From contig DATKVU010000025.1 of assembly GCA_035529915.1 (NCBI GenBank), positions 1 to 58,689 of the forward strand: a stretch of DNA of 58,689 nucleotides, written 5' to 3'. The notes below the pieces were generated by a model. That model made no database searches and was not told where the DNA came from. It saw only the letters and a program-made list of their open reading frames with translations. The DNA is from Clostridia bacterium. GTDB lineage: Bacteria > Patescibacteriota > Microgenomatia > UM-FILTER-40-11. How positions within the stretch are numbered: the first letter of the stretch is position 1; each line of letters starts with the position of its first letter. A program made the position numbers and the translations under genes. Positions 8,080-18,136 of this stretch are shown one piece after another.

Positions 8080-9360
8080 TTAAATTTCTTTCTTTAAGCT
8101 AAGTGATTTAAAATAAAATAGCAATAGTCCCAACAACAGCAAAGACATCGTGATGATATTAGCAATGACTATTTGGCTAATTTTTTGGTGATAAAAACAA
8201 ACTAGTATTACTTGCAAGATGGCAGCGACGACAGGTAAAAAAATCGCCTTAAGGTAAGAAATAGAAAGAAAAAAATTTATTAAGAGTGAACAGAGAGAAT
8301 AAAGGGAAATAAAAACGGCAAATAAGCCCAGGTTGGGAGCAAACTCCAAATATTTTTCTCCGAAAGGCACCTGAATAATCAGCCGAGGGGAAAGAAAATA
8401 AGCAAAACTAATTACCACAGAAGCAATGAAAACTAAAAAGAAACTCAGTTTAAGTATCTTCGCATAGTTTCTGCCTTCAGCTTGCCGAGAAGAAACCAGA
8501 GGGAACATTACGGAAACAATCGAACTGGAAGCGAGAAAAATCACCTTTCCCAGGATGGAAAGAGCGGCATAACCACCGGCGGCTAAAGGAGACAAAAAAT
8601 ACCGAGCCAAAATCACGTCCACCGTGAAGAATGAGGTGAGAGCAAGATTGGAGAGAAAAATCATCAGCGCATACTCATTTATTTTTTCAAAGTAATCTTG
8701 AATCTTAATTTGTTTTCGGTAATTAATGGTTAATTTCCTTCCCAAGAAAAAATAGCCTAAAATTGCCGTTAGCAGGACCGACCAAGCCAGAGCGGAAACA
8801 GCCCCGTTAACCCCAAAACCCAACCAAACCAAACCGAAAGCAATTAGCAGTTTCATCAACGAACCAAAAGCGGTAAGAAAGCTTAAAGAGAAAAACTCCA
8901 TTGCCCCTTGAAGAGCAGAGGTAGTAATGACCATAAAAATCCCCCAGTAAAAAGTTAGGCCGACGGCCAAAAATGGAAAAAAGGAGCTAATTTTAACTAA
9001 GTCTTTTAAGAGGGGATGGGCAAGGAAAAAAAGCAGCAAACCTAACAAGCCAAAGACCAAGGACTTTTTTATTATTTGAGAAACGAATAAACCCGCTTTC
9101 TCTCGCTGATTAACTGTCTGAGAAACAAACTTAACCAAAATTATCCCTAAGACTGCCACGGGAATACTTAAAAAAGAAGAAAGGGAAATTAAGCTGGCCA
9201 ATACCCCATAGTCCGCTGGCCCCAGCATCCTTCCCATCGCCAAGTGGAACAGATAGGCAGCCAGGTTAGCGATACTGGAACCGAGAAAAACAATTATACT
9301 CCCCCGAATGACGAGGTTACCTAAGATAACTTGTTTGATTCTGGCCAACACGCTAAGCAA
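8080..9360 (-). CDS. MOP-superfamily oligosaccharide/polysaccharide flippase (Wzx-like)
   Basis: 426 aa, hydrophobic throughout. N-terminus IRGSIIVFLGSSIANLAAYLFHLAMGRMLGPADYGVLASL is typical of Polysacc_synt proteins. TTG start at 9360 (8-nt overlap) or GTG at 9351. Confidence 0.7.
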   Translation of the reverse strand: MLSVLARIKQVILGNLVIRGSIIVFLGSSIANLAAYLFHLAMGRMLGPADYGVLASLISLSSFLSIPVAVLGIILVKFVSQTVNQREKAGLFVSQIIKKSLVFGLLGLLLFFLAHPLLKDLVKISSFFPFLAVGLTFYWGIFMVITTSALQGAMEFFSLSFLTAFGSLMKLLIAFGLVWLGFGVNGAVSALAWSVLLTAILGYFFLGRKLTINYRKQIKIQDYFEKINEYALMIFLSNLALTSFFTVDVILARYFLSPLAAGGYAALSILGKVIFLASSSIVSVMFPLVSSRQAEGRNYAKILKLSFFLVFIASVVISFAYFLSPRLIIQVPFGEKYLEFAPNLGLFAVFISLYSLCSLLINFFLSISYLKAIFLPVVAAILQVILVCFYHQKISQIVIANIITMSLLLLGLLLFYFKSLSLKKEI

Positions 9361-10525
9361 TCCAATATCCTTGATAAAAGAAAACCGAACAAAGAATCAG
9401 AAGAAAACTAAAAATCAACGCCAAGAAATAGTAAAGAAGTTTATTTTTGATTGTCCCTAAATAAATAAAGCAGGGGAATAAAGCCAAAACGTAGCGAGGC
9501 ATAGAAGAAAAAGTGCCCGTGCAGGTAGGAACCAGATAAGAAATAATCCCAAAAATAAGATAGGAAGTTCTCACTCCTTTTTTGTAAGCCAAAAAAAGCA
9601 AAAGCAAAAACCCAACGGCCACCCCGATTTCCAACCAAACCGTAAAATAAAGGGGGTCTAGTTTGGTGGTTAGCGCCATCTTCAAATAGCGCCAAAAAAC
9701 CTGATACAAAAGGATAATTTTGCCACCACTTCTTTCGGCCCCAAAGTAAGATTGGACATGGAAAAAAAGCAAAGGGTCTTGATATTTTTCCCAAAGAAAC
9801 TTCATATAAGCTAAAAGCCCGGCCGGAATGAGCAGCAAAGAGGGCAGGCTTGCCACCCCGGTCCTAAGATTTTTATGGTTTTGTTGATACCATTCCCAAG
9901 CAAGAGCCGGCAGGAGAAAAATGCCCCCCAGACGAACATACGAAGATAATCCTCCTAAGGCTCCCGCTAACCACCAGTTACCCTTCCTGGCGGCATAAAA
10001 ACTGCCAATAATGAGCAGCAAAAACAGACTTTCGGTATAAACCATTCCCAAGAAAAAAGCGGTGGGGAAAAGGAGGAAAAAAAGAATCGTCTGTCGGGCA
10101 ACCTTTTCCTGATAGTCAAGAGAAATTAACCGGTAAAAAAGTAACAAAAATCCCCAAAGGCAAAAATTAGCAATCAGGACTGCCGCCAAAAGGTCACTTC
10201 CTCCCCAGACCGGCTTAAGAGCGCTTATTAACCAAGGATAACCCGGGAAAAACGCTTGCTGATATAAGCCATAACCGAAACGGCTAATATACAAATAATG
10301 AACGCCGTCAAAATTCGCCCGGCTCCACAAAAACTGAGGATTACGAGGAATTTCTTCCTGATATAGAAAAGTCATTTTTGTCGGCAAGAAAGAGGGGGAA
10401 AACCTTGAAAGAGCGCTCAAGGCTACCTGCCAAAAAACAAAAACCGCTAAGATAAAAACTATTGCTCTCCAATTCCTCCGCCAAAAATCTCCTAAAAGAT
10501 TAATTTTGAGGTTACTTTTTTTCAT
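9353..10525 (-). CDS. PIG-V-like mannosyltransferase family membrane protein (GT-C)
   Basis: 390 aa multi-TM. Box WSRANFDGVHYLYISRFGYGLYQQAFFPGYPWLI matches the W-DG-x-Y-x-IA-x-GY...AFFP-YP signature of the PIG-V family. ATGA overlap at 10522-10525. Confidence 0.7.
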   Translation of the reverse strand: MKKSNLKINLLGDFWRRNWRAIVFILAVFVFWQVALSALSRFSPSFLPTKMTFLYQEEIPRNPQFLWSRANFDGVHYLYISRFGYGLYQQAFFPGYPWLISALKPVWGGSDLLAAVLIANFCLWGFLLLFYRLISLDYQEKVARQTILFFLLFPTAFFLGMVYTESLFLLLIIGSFYAARKGNWWLAGALGGLSSYVRLGGIFLLPALAWEWYQQNHKNLRTGVASLPSLLLIPAGLLAYMKFLWEKYQDPLLFFHVQSYFGAERSGGKIILLYQVFWRYLKMALTTKLDPLYFTVWLEIGVAVGFLLLLFLAYKKGVRTSYLIFGIISYLVPTCTGTFSSMPRYVLALFPCFIYLGTIKNKLLYYFLALIFSFLLILCSVFFYQGYWIA

Positions 10526-11571
10526 CGGGAATGACTAACTTCTTGGTAAACAGCAATTGTTTTTTGAGCAGTTTTCGCCCACGAAAATTCTTTCACTCTT
10601 TCTAATCCGGCGGTAATAAGTCTCTCCCGAAGCTTTTCGTTTTCTAAAACCATTTTTATCCCTTCCGCAATCCTTTGAGCCGAAGTCGGTTCCACTAAAA
10701 AAGCCGCTTCTCCAGCCACTTCGGGCAAGCTGCCGGCATTACTCGCCAAAACCGGACATCCACAACTCATCGCTTCCAATAAAGGCAAACCAAACCCTTC
10801 ATAAAGCGAAGGAAAACAAAAAAGCTGGGCTAAATTGTAAATTTTTACCAAATCACCGTCGGGAACAAAGCCTAAAATGCGCACTTTCTCTTTCAAGCCC
10901 AATTCTTTCACTAACTCCATTATTTCTCTCGCCTCTTTTAATCGCGGGTTTTTAAAGGCTTTCCCTACGAGCACCAAAGAGCAATCTTCCAAATTCAACT
11001 CCTTAAAAGCCTTAATCAAACAAGGAAGATTCTTATTGTAATTAATGTCTCCGACGTATAAAAGAAACCTCCCGGGTAATTGACAACGCTTCCTTATTAG
11101 GGCTATCCACTTATCTTCTCGAGGCAATTTTCGATAAATTTTATCGGCGGCCAAATAAGTGACGTAAATCTTTTTCTCAGACACTCCCAAAAAACGGACA
11201 ATATCTTTTTTGGAAGTTTCCGAGTCAGCTAAAACCGCCGCCACACTTTTCAGGGAAAGTTTCTGCAAACCCAATTTCAATTTACCCTTAATCCCGACCG
11301 GATAATATTTAGGGAAGACCAAGGGGGTACAATCATGAATCGTGACCACTGTTTTTTTCTTTTTTATTAAAGGCAGAGTTAAAAAGTAAAAATCAAAAAA
11401 GGGATAATGAATTAAGTCAACCGTCGGTAAAGGGAAGTTATCCTTGATTTCCACTACTTTCACCTTTTTGCTCGTCCGCAAGGCAGTTAGCAATTGAGCC
11501 GTATATTTACCCACTCCCCGAAAGCCACTTGGTCCTAATAAAGCGCTGATATCAAAACCCACTCTCAACAT
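10522..11571 (-). CDS. family 4 (GT-B) glycosyltransferase
   Basis: 349 aa with C-terminal E-x7-E region PSLYEGFGLPLLEAMSCGCPVLASNAGSLPEVAGEAA. ATG at 11571. Confidence 0.85.
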   Translation of the reverse strand: MLRVGFDISALLGPSGFRGVGKYTAQLLTALRTSKKVKVVEIKDNFPLPTVDLIHYPFFDFYFLTLPLIKKKKTVVTIHDCTPLVFPKYYPVGIKGKLKLGLQKLSLKSVAAVLADSETSKKDIVRFLGVSEKKIYVTYLAADKIYRKLPREDKWIALIRKRCQLPGRFLLYVGDINYNKNLPCLIKAFKELNLEDCSLVLVGKAFKNPRLKEAREIMELVKELGLKEKVRILGFVPDGDLVKIYNLAQLFCFPSLYEGFGLPLLEAMSCGCPVLASNAGSLPEVAGEAAFLVEPTSAQRIAEGIKMVLENEKLRERLITAGLERVKEFSWAKTAQKTIAVYQEVSHSR

Positions 11572-11573
11572 AA

Positions 11574-12407
11574 TTAGACCCAGTCTTTACTTAAATCAAC
11601 CTGGCCATCTTTCTCCATCTCCCAATATTTAGCATAAGCAGTAAAATGATGCAAACCTGAATAGAAGGCAAAGACAAAGCCGGGAAAACCGTCTTGAAAA
11701 CCACGGTGGCGAATAAAGAGGGAAAAAAAGGTTTTGACTGGTTGCCAAAGACCATAATTCAAGCAGCTCCAACCGCTCAAGCTCACCTTTTTCTCTTTTA
11801 GCTCTTGGGCCGTTAAAGAGGAATAACGATTATCTTTAGTCAAATAAACGGCAAAACTGGGAGTGGAAAGATGAATCAAAGGATTTTTGAGCCAGCCAAC
11901 TTTCCCCTCCGTTGCCATTTGCTCATGAACATTTTCACAAGGGAGACGAGCCTTCCCTTTTTTAAAGAAACGAATCACCGGGTCGGGATACTGACCCCCT
12001 TTTTCAATCCACTGCCCCAAAAACATCTTCTTTCGTTTAATCAAAAAAGCATTGGGCAACTGTGCCTGATCGGGATGGTCAACTATTCCCCTTATTTCCT
12101 CCGCCAATTCGGGGGTGATTATTTCGTCAGCGTCAAGCTGGAGAATCCACTCTCCCCGACACTCGTCAATTGCTTGCTGCTTATTAATATGGAAAATCGG
12201 CTTGTTAGTAGTGATAATTACCCTGGCACCCAGGCTTTGAGCAATTTTAACCGTTTCGTCGCTGGAAGAGCCGTCGACAACGGCTATTTCGTCAGCTATC
12301 CCCTTCACCCCTTTAAGGCATTGCTCAAGATTCTTTTCCTCGTTGAAGGTAGCCAACGCCACCGAGAGTTTAATTCTCGACAATTCTGAAGACTTCTTTC
12401 TGACCAT
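11574..12407 (-). CDS. family 2 glycosyltransferase, WaaE/LgtF-like subgroup
   Basis: 277 aa with LSVALATFNEEKNLEQCLKGV, EIAVVDGSSSDET, LQLDADE, GGQYPDPVIRFF and a C-terminal helical part FQDGFPGFVFAFYSGLHHFTAYAKYWE. ATG at 12407 overlaps the upstream GT-C 3' end by 38 nt. Confidence 0.8.
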   Translation of the reverse strand: MVRKKSSELSRIKLSVALATFNEEKNLEQCLKGVKGIADEIAVVDGSSSDETVKIAQSLGARVIITTNKPIFHINKQQAIDECRGEWILQLDADEIITPELAEEIRGIVDHPDQAQLPNAFLIKRKKMFLGQWIEKGGQYPDPVIRFFKKGKARLPCENVHEQMATEGKVGWLKNPLIHLSTPSFAVYLTKDNRYSSLTAQELKEKKVSLSGWSCLNYGLWQPVKTFFSLFIRHRGFQDGFPGFVFAFYSGLHHFTAYAKYWEMEKDGQVDLSKDWV

Positions 12408-14004
12408 CTTTGAAATATATCCTTTTCGCTATTTTAGCAGAATCAGGGACTTCCTCGGTAGTCCCTACTATCATTATCCCCGTGGCTTTTTGCAAATGGG
12501 ACCAATCAATCGGTCCGAAATAAAATTTATCGAAATGCTCAACCGTGGAAAAGCCATACTGGTCACGCAAAGAAAGCTTGGCTTCCCTCTGAAACTCTGC
12601 CGGCGGGTATTTTAAATAAAAGGCCAAAAGAATATAAGGTTGATCGTAGCGGTTAGTGATATAAATTTTCCCAAAATTCTCCTGATTCTCAACCAAGTAG
12701 TTCCCTAGCTGTTTAAAACCGTCCTCCCAAGCCGCCGGATAAAGTTGCGGATAACGGACATAATATTGATAAAGATAGAAAGCGAAGTTTCCCAGATAAG
12801 CCAAAATCACCAAGGCGACAGTAACGATAAGAGAAAGGCGGCTTTTTTCCATCCTTTTCTTCAAATTATCTATTCCGTAAGCAGTGACCATGGTTAAAGG
12901 AACCACTAAATTAAGAGCCCGAATTGCGTGAGGAGACTGAAAAGTTAAAGCGGAAGCAACCGGCGCCACCGCCAACCACCAAAAAAGAATCTGCCAATTT
13001 TTCGGCCGGCACTTTAATAAGAAATATAAACCTAAAATTAGCAAAGGAGCTTCAATTAAATACATTTGACCCATTCCCGGCACTCGGTTCCGCTGAATTT
13101 CGTCCCCTTCAGTAAACAGAAAAAAACTGCTGAAATGACGCAAATAATTGTCCAAAAATTGCCGTCCATACTCAAAATAGCGATTATGAACCAAGGTGGG
13201 AAAGAGGGCCGCCGGCTGGGAATGCTCGCCTCTTAATTCATTCACCCGCCAAAGAGGGCCTTGATCGGCCAAAAGACCGACTCCGGCAAAGCGAGAAGTC
13301 CCGGCTTGACCGGTCATGGAAAACAAAAGTAAACCGAAAATCAATCCTCCCGCGACAAAAGTGACGCCCAGCCAAACTCGATTCTCCCGAACGAAAATCT
13401 TCTTTCGATTCATTAATCCCAAACCCAAGACCAAAAGGGGGACCACTAACCGAGCACTATGGTAAGCAAACATCGCCGCCAGAAAAGAAACCACACTAAA
13501 AAGGAAAAAGTGGGGTCTTTTTATTGCCCGCAAAAACAAAAATACTCCTAAGGCCATAAAAAAAGTCGCCGCATTCGTTTCCCAACCGCCGCGGGAAAAG
13601 TGCAAATGCCAGGGAGAAATTGCCAAAAGCAAGGCCGTTAACCAAGCCCAACCGGCCGTCTTTTCCCCCAGCTCAGCTAATTCTTTAACCAAAAAATACC
13701 CGACCAAGACGGTTAAGACTCCCAAGACCGCTGACGGCAAGCGCACCGCCCATTCATTTAAGCCCAAAATTTTCACCCAAGGCAGCACCAGATAAAAATA
13801 AAGGCCTGGTTTCCAATCATTAAACGATTGAAAGTTTATCGGCCAAGAGTGACCGAACTCATCTTTCCCGGTCTGTAAAAGAGAATAAGCGTTATAACCA
13901 ATTGCCGCCTCATCCGCATTTAAACCAGTGGGAAACTCGGCCAATTTATAAACCCTCAAAAAGAGAGCCGAGAGGATAACGACGATCAGAGCGATTTTTT
14001 TCAT
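12370..14004 (-). CDS. PMT_2/ArnT-like GT-C glycosyltransferase, family 1 paralogue
   Basis: 544 aa multi-TM. Loop 1 GLNADEAAIGYNAYSLLQTGKDEFGHSWP, then LLAISPWHLHFSRGGWE and loop FLFTEGDEIQRNRVPGMGQMY. C-terminal soluble domain WEDGFKQLGNYL...YDQPYILLAFYLKYPP. TAATG junction at 14004. Confidence 0.8.
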   Translation of the reverse strand: MKKIALIVVILSALFLRVYKLAEFPTGLNADEAAIGYNAYSLLQTGKDEFGHSWPINFQSFNDWKPGLYFYLVLPWVKILGLNEWAVRLPSAVLGVLTVLVGYFLVKELAELGEKTAGWAWLTALLLAISPWHLHFSRGGWETNAATFFMALGVFLFLRAIKRPHFFLFSVVSFLAAMFAYHSARLVVPLLVLGLGLMNRKKIFVRENRVWLGVTFVAGGLIFGLLLFSMTGQAGTSRFAGVGLLADQGPLWRVNELRGEHSQPAALFPTLVHNRYFEYGRQFLDNYLRHFSSFFLFTEGDEIQRNRVPGMGQMYLIEAPLLILGLYFLLKCRPKNWQILFWWLAVAPVASALTFQSPHAIRALNLVVPLTMVTAYGIDNLKKRMEKSRLSLIVTVALVILAYLGNFAFYLYQYYVRYPQLYPAAWEDGFKQLGNYLVENQENFGKIYITNRYDQPYILLAFYLKYPPAEFQREAKLSLRDQYGFSTVEHFDKFYFGPIDWSHLQKATGIMIVGTTEEVPDSAKIAKRIYFKDGQKEVFRIVEN

Positions 14005-14804
14005 TAGCGGTGGTTAAAAATTAAATCAACAAACCGAATTAGGCAAAAACCATATCCCGACCATAAAAAGAGCTGAGTGGAAACTTTAGCCCAGAGTGGT
14101 TTTTTCCTTAAGGACCAAAATAATCTGTCAACCCCTTGGGCAACAAGAAAAACCAAAGGAATAACGAGGCCAAAAGAGGCCAAGGAAAGCGGCTTTTCAG
14201 GAAAAAAAATCGCCGGTAGCGGAGCAAGCAAAAGCCAATAAAGAATCAAGTTTTCAAATCGGTCTCTTTTTTTGCTGATTAAGTATCCCAACCCCCAAAG
14301 CAAAAAAACAATATCTAAATCGTACATTGCCCCCTGATAAGCCGCCGCTTTATTTAAACCAAACCAATCCCCGGCAAAAAAGAGGAATTGTCCGGAAAAA
14401 GGCGCTCCATAACGATCGGCAATCTCTGTCAGTGAATGAAAAGAGAGACTTTCTTTTAGAAATACCCCGCCAAAAATTATCCCGGTCAAAGCCACCGCCG
14501 TTTTTCTAACCTTTTTCTTTCCCTCAAAATGAAAGAAAAACCAAAGTCCTAAAGTAACGGCTAATAATAAACCGTCCCCTAAAATAAACTCTCGAGAAAC
14601 CAAAATATGCCAAGGGTTAATGGCCAAAAGCAAAGCGGACAATCGAGCGATTGACTCCGCGCGCTCAACTTGAGCTTCCCTGATTAAAAAATAGGTGGTC
14701 ACGACCGTCAAGGCTCCCAAAAACACTGCCGGAGTGGCCCCCGTTAAGGTAGGGAGGAAAATTCTTAAAATAAAAGCCAGGGTAAAAATTATTAAGCTTA
14801 TCAT
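14004..14804 (-). CDS. reduced family 1 paralogue (membrane core only, no DE loop, no C-terminal domain)
   Basis: 266 aa. Keeps LSALLLAINPWHILVSR, FLFFAGDWFG and LLLAPLPAIFF, which align by eye with the full-length neighbours. TM1 runs straight into TM2 without the about 60-aa loop 1. Confidence 0.65.
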   Translation of the reverse strand: MISLIIFTLAFILRIFLPTLTGATPAVFLGALTVVTTYFLIREAQVERAESIARLSALLLAINPWHILVSREFILGDGLLLAVTLGLWFFFHFEGKKKVRKTAVALTGIIFGGVFLKESLSFHSLTEIADRYGAPFSGQFLFFAGDWFGLNKAAAYQGAMYDLDIVFLLWGLGYLISKKRDRFENLILYWLLLAPLPAIFFPEKPLSLASFGLVIPLVFLVAQGVDRLFWSLRKKPLWAKVSTQLFLWSGYGFCLIRFVDLIFNHR

Positions 14805-16468
14805 TGCTCCAAGATTTCAAAGGCCGGCTTCCCGTCCAGAAAGTTAACCGCTTCTATTTTCTGCCAGCCCTTTGGATAATTCTCCGGACTCGTTAATAAA
14901 AGGCACTTGGCCCCCCGAGGGCAAGTCGCCAGATATTTAACTTCCCAATCATTCATAAAAACGAATTTATCAAACCCGTCAACCCAATACCAATTGGCAT
15001 GATAATCCCACTTCTTCCCTTGAGGATTTTGGTACTGTCGCGGGTCATATTTCAAATAAAAGAGTAAAAATTCATGCGGTTCTCCATAGCGCTTAGTGAG
15101 AATGATTTTGTCGTATCGGGCGGCATTTTTTTGGACAAAAGCGATTGCTTCCCGATAGCCATATTGCCAAGCCCAAGAATAAGTCGGCTGATAGATTCGC
15201 CAATAATCTTGCCACCAGCGGGAAAAACTTATCATTACTGCCAGCGAAAGTATGGCCATTAAAAGCTTCCCTTTAAAACGCGATTTCGGGCCAACTTCCG
15301 TCAAAATCTCTTTTAAGCCAAGAGCGGTGAGAATCATCGGCGCTGGTAAAACTAAAAGGCTTCTTAAAACATGAGGGGCGTCCCTGGTAATCGCTGACGG
15401 CAGAAAGCCGAAAAAAAACCAGATTCCAATTAATCTCTCCTGATCATCCTTCCGCCAAAACGCCCTTAAGATTCCTAAGAGCAAAAAGGGAGCGACAACC
15501 AAATATAAAAGTTCATGCTCGGGCTGAGAAAATTGATAATGACTGCCTCCTCTAAAAAAAAGGTACTTCGGCGACAGGTTGGCCAGATAATTTTTCACCG
15601 CGTAGGTAACAAAAAAAGTGGGGCGGTTATAAATAGCCCGAGCGACTCCTGGAGGTAATTTGGAAGCAGTCCTTTTTTCATTGATACGCATTATTGTTCC
15701 TTGGTCCAAGGGAGTAACTAAGTCAAATCGGGCTTTCCCGGTTTGATCAAAAAGCTGGCCGACAAAAGGAACTAAAAATATCAAAAATATCACTCCTGCT
15801 AAGGCCGATTGTTTCAGCCTTTTCTTTTTAAAAACCGCTGCCGCTGCCAAAAAGGCAAAAAGCGGGACTAAAATCCGAGCCGAATTATAAGCATACAGGG
15901 CCAATCCCCAAAAAAAGGCCACCCAGAGAAGGCCCCTTCCTTTCTCCCGCCATTGCAGGAAAAACCAAAATCCGGCCGCAAACAAAAGAACCGCTAAATT
16001 TGCCTCAAGAGCCACCCGAGAAACAAAGAGGCTCCAGGGAGAAACGGCGGTTAAGAGAGAGGCAAACAAAGCAAAACCTTCCTTCTGGCTGACTTTTTTA
16101 GTAATCAAATAAGTTAAGAAAACCAAAACGACTCCGGCGGAAGCGGAAATAAAACGGACAGAAAACGCTTTCAATCCAAACAAGGCAATCGGTAATATTG
16201 ATAAATAAATGTACGAAGGCAATTTATAGTCGCCGTAGGCCCGAAAAATTAGCGGGAGGCGACTGCCCCACTCATCGCGACCGGTTTTAAGAATTGAATA
16301 AGCGTTATAGCCGTGAGAAATTTCGTCCCAGTTCAAGGAAGGAGGATTATCCGCCAAACGGTAAAAACGCAAAAAAGCGGCTAAAAAAAGAATTACCAGC
16401 AAAATCAAACGGGGTTTCGAAAGCCAAGAAAAATTTCTTTCTAAGAATAAAATAATTTTTCCCATCAT
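14801..16468 (-). CDS. PMT_2/ArnT-like GT-C glycosyltransferase, family 1 paralogue
   Basis: 555 aa with SLNWDEISHGYNAYSILKTGRDEWGSRLP, LLTAVSPWSLFVSRVALE and YLFFRGGSHYQ. C-terminal WQYGYREAIAFV...YDKIILTKRYGEPHEFLLFYLKYDP. ATGA overlaps at both ends. Confidence 0.8.
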   Translation of the reverse strand: MMGKIILFLERNFSWLSKPRLILLVILFLAAFLRFYRLADNPPSLNWDEISHGYNAYSILKTGRDEWGSRLPLIFRAYGDYKLPSYIYLSILPIALFGLKAFSVRFISASAGVVLVFLTYLITKKVSQKEGFALFASLLTAVSPWSLFVSRVALEANLAVLLFAAGFWFFLQWREKGRGLLWVAFFWGLALYAYNSARILVPLFAFLAAAAVFKKKRLKQSALAGVIFLIFLVPFVGQLFDQTGKARFDLVTPLDQGTIMRINEKRTASKLPPGVARAIYNRPTFFVTYAVKNYLANLSPKYLFFRGGSHYQFSQPEHELLYLVVAPFLLLGILRAFWRKDDQERLIGIWFFFGFLPSAITRDAPHVLRSLLVLPAPMILTALGLKEILTEVGPKSRFKGKLLMAILSLAVMISFSRWWQDYWRIYQPTYSWAWQYGYREAIAFVQKNAARYDKIILTKRYGEPHEFLLFYLKYDPRQYQNPQGKKWDYHANWYWVDGFDKFVFMNDWEVKYLATCPRGAKCLLLTSPENYPKGWQKIEAVNFLDGKPAFEILEQ

Positions 16469-18123
16469 CGTTTCGCTCCCTTAGTCAGTAGATAAATATA
16501 GGGTTCATTTGAAAATGTTTCTTTTACCAATTTTAAAACTTTTATACCCGCCGGGGGAGATTCTTCCCAATTCCAATCTCCGGGAATTTCGTCTCTCTGA
16601 AAAGCAAGAAAAACCGTTTTTTCATCCAAATTTTGCTGCAGCCACTCTCCCTTATTTTCACTTGCTATCCCTCCCAAATAAACCGACCCCACTCTAAATC
16701 CGGCGAAACCGGGAAGAAGATTTTCTTTTCTGGCATCACCGGTATAATTCTGCCATAACCAACAAGGGTCTTTTTGAGTCCAAAAAAGATAGCGCAACAA
16801 TATCGGATCATGTTCATTATTGAGAACTACCCGCGGATATTCATCCTCATATCTAGCCAGCCAAGTTAAGGCTTCCTTATAACCGACACCCCAAAAACGG
16901 CTTTGTTCCTTTCCATAATGGACATCGTATTCATGGGACCATGAAGCGGTAAAAACTAAAGCCAGAACGAGAAAAAGAACCAGGGATTTAGCCGAACGGC
17001 AGAGAGAATCGACCCCATAAGCAATCAAAATCACCAGTGGAGGAATCATTAAAAAAAGCCGGGTGGCATGGTTGCCCCCATCAACTGTTAGAACCGACGA
17101 CAAGGGAGCCAAAAAAAGCCAAAGGAAAACCACTTTTTTTAGCCGCTCTTCCCTACTCCTAAAAAGCAAAAAGATCCCCGCCAGGAAAAAGGGCAAAAAT
17201 CCCCAGTAAATTTCCCCAAATCCCGGAACATTATGGCGCGGATTAGGATCACCATTAAGAAAAAGAAATTGAAAAGAAAAACTGGTTAGATAATTATTTA
17301 AAAAGCTTTTTCCCCAAGCCGTTAGCTTATTATGAAAAACCCGCTCAACTCCACCGACCCCGGTCGTCCGTTTAAAAACAATCGTGTCAATCACTTTGGG
17401 ATCGTTAAAAATATTGATTGACCGAAAACGAGTCGCCCCCTCCCCTCTAATCATTGTCCAAAACAAAGGCAGGCAAAAAACTACTAATAAAAATCCAGCA
17501 GTGGTCAGCTTTTTGTCTAGCCAACCGGCTTTCGGAAAAAGAAGCCAGCTAAGGCCTAAAATCAATAAAGGAACAAAAACGTTGGCGGTATTGTAAGTGT
17601 AGAAAGAAAGAGCAAAACTTATGGCTGCCAGGAACCACTTTTTTCCTAAAAAGGCGATTGTCCCCAAGAGAACTAAACTTAAAAGCAAGGTTGATTCAAA
17701 AGCGACCCGGGAATAATGAATATGCCAAGGAATTATCGCCCCGACAAAAGCGCTTAATAAAGCCAAGCGCTGATTTTGAGTCAGTTTTAGAACTAAAAGA
17801 TAAAAAAGAAAAACATTTAAGACTCCGAAAATTGCCGGCACCAGTCTAACTCCCCATTCATTCAAACCCAAAATCCCCACGGCCGGCGCCGTCAGATACA
17901 TAAGCAGGGGAGCGCGCCACTCATTCAGGGAATGGATATAAACTGGAAAACTTTGGCCTTGATAGTCACGGCCAGTTCGCCATAAGCTAAAGGCCTGGTA
18001 GCCGACATCCAATTCATCACCAAAAAGCTCCGGCGGCACCTGACTGAGGTTAAAGAGTCTTAAGAAAGTAGCCAAAACCAAAATGGCAATTAACAAAAGT
18101 TTGTCTTTCTCACCTTTAAGCAT
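16465..18123 (-). CDS. PMT_2/ArnT-like GT-C glycosyltransferase, family 1 paralogue
   Basis: 552 aa with ELFGDELDVGYQAFSLWRTGRDYQGQSFP, IIPWHIHYSRVAFE and FLFLNGDPNPRHNVPGFGEIY. C-terminal WGVGYKEALTWL... Confidence 0.8.
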   Translation of the reverse strand: MLKGEKDKLLLIAILVLATFLRLFNLSQVPPELFGDELDVGYQAFSLWRTGRDYQGQSFPVYIHSLNEWRAPLLMYLTAPAVGILGLNEWGVRLVPAIFGVLNVFLFYLLVLKLTQNQRLALLSAFVGAIIPWHIHYSRVAFESTLLLSLVLLGTIAFLGKKWFLAAISFALSFYTYNTANVFVPLLILGLSWLLFPKAGWLDKKLTTAGFLLVVFCLPLFWTMIRGEGATRFRSINIFNDPKVIDTIVFKRTTGVGGVERVFHNKLTAWGKSFLNNYLTSFSFQFLFLNGDPNPRHNVPGFGEIYWGFLPFFLAGIFLLFRSREERLKKVVFLWLFLAPLSSVLTVDGGNHATRLFLMIPPLVILIAYGVDSLCRSAKSLVLFLVLALVFTASWSHEYDVHYGKEQSRFWGVGYKEALTWLARYEDEYPRVVLNNEHDPILLRYLFWTQKDPCWLWQNYTGDARKENLLPGFAGFRVGSVYLGGIASENKGEWLQQNLDEKTVFLAFQRDEIPGDWNWEESPPAGIKVLKLVKETFSNEPYIYLLTKGAKR

Positions 18124-18136
18124 TCTTTTTGATTAT

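Noticed and set aside
11871-12389. 172-aa plus-strand ORF antisense to the WaaE-like GT2 gene. The same applies to other long shadow ORFs: 2887-3252, 9441-9794, 19830-20213 and 25540-26022.
   Set aside because: Each lies wholly inside a longer ORF with clear family motifs. Their translations are low-complexity, have no recognisable motif and no independent start context. They are typical out-of-frame or antisense shadows of real genes.
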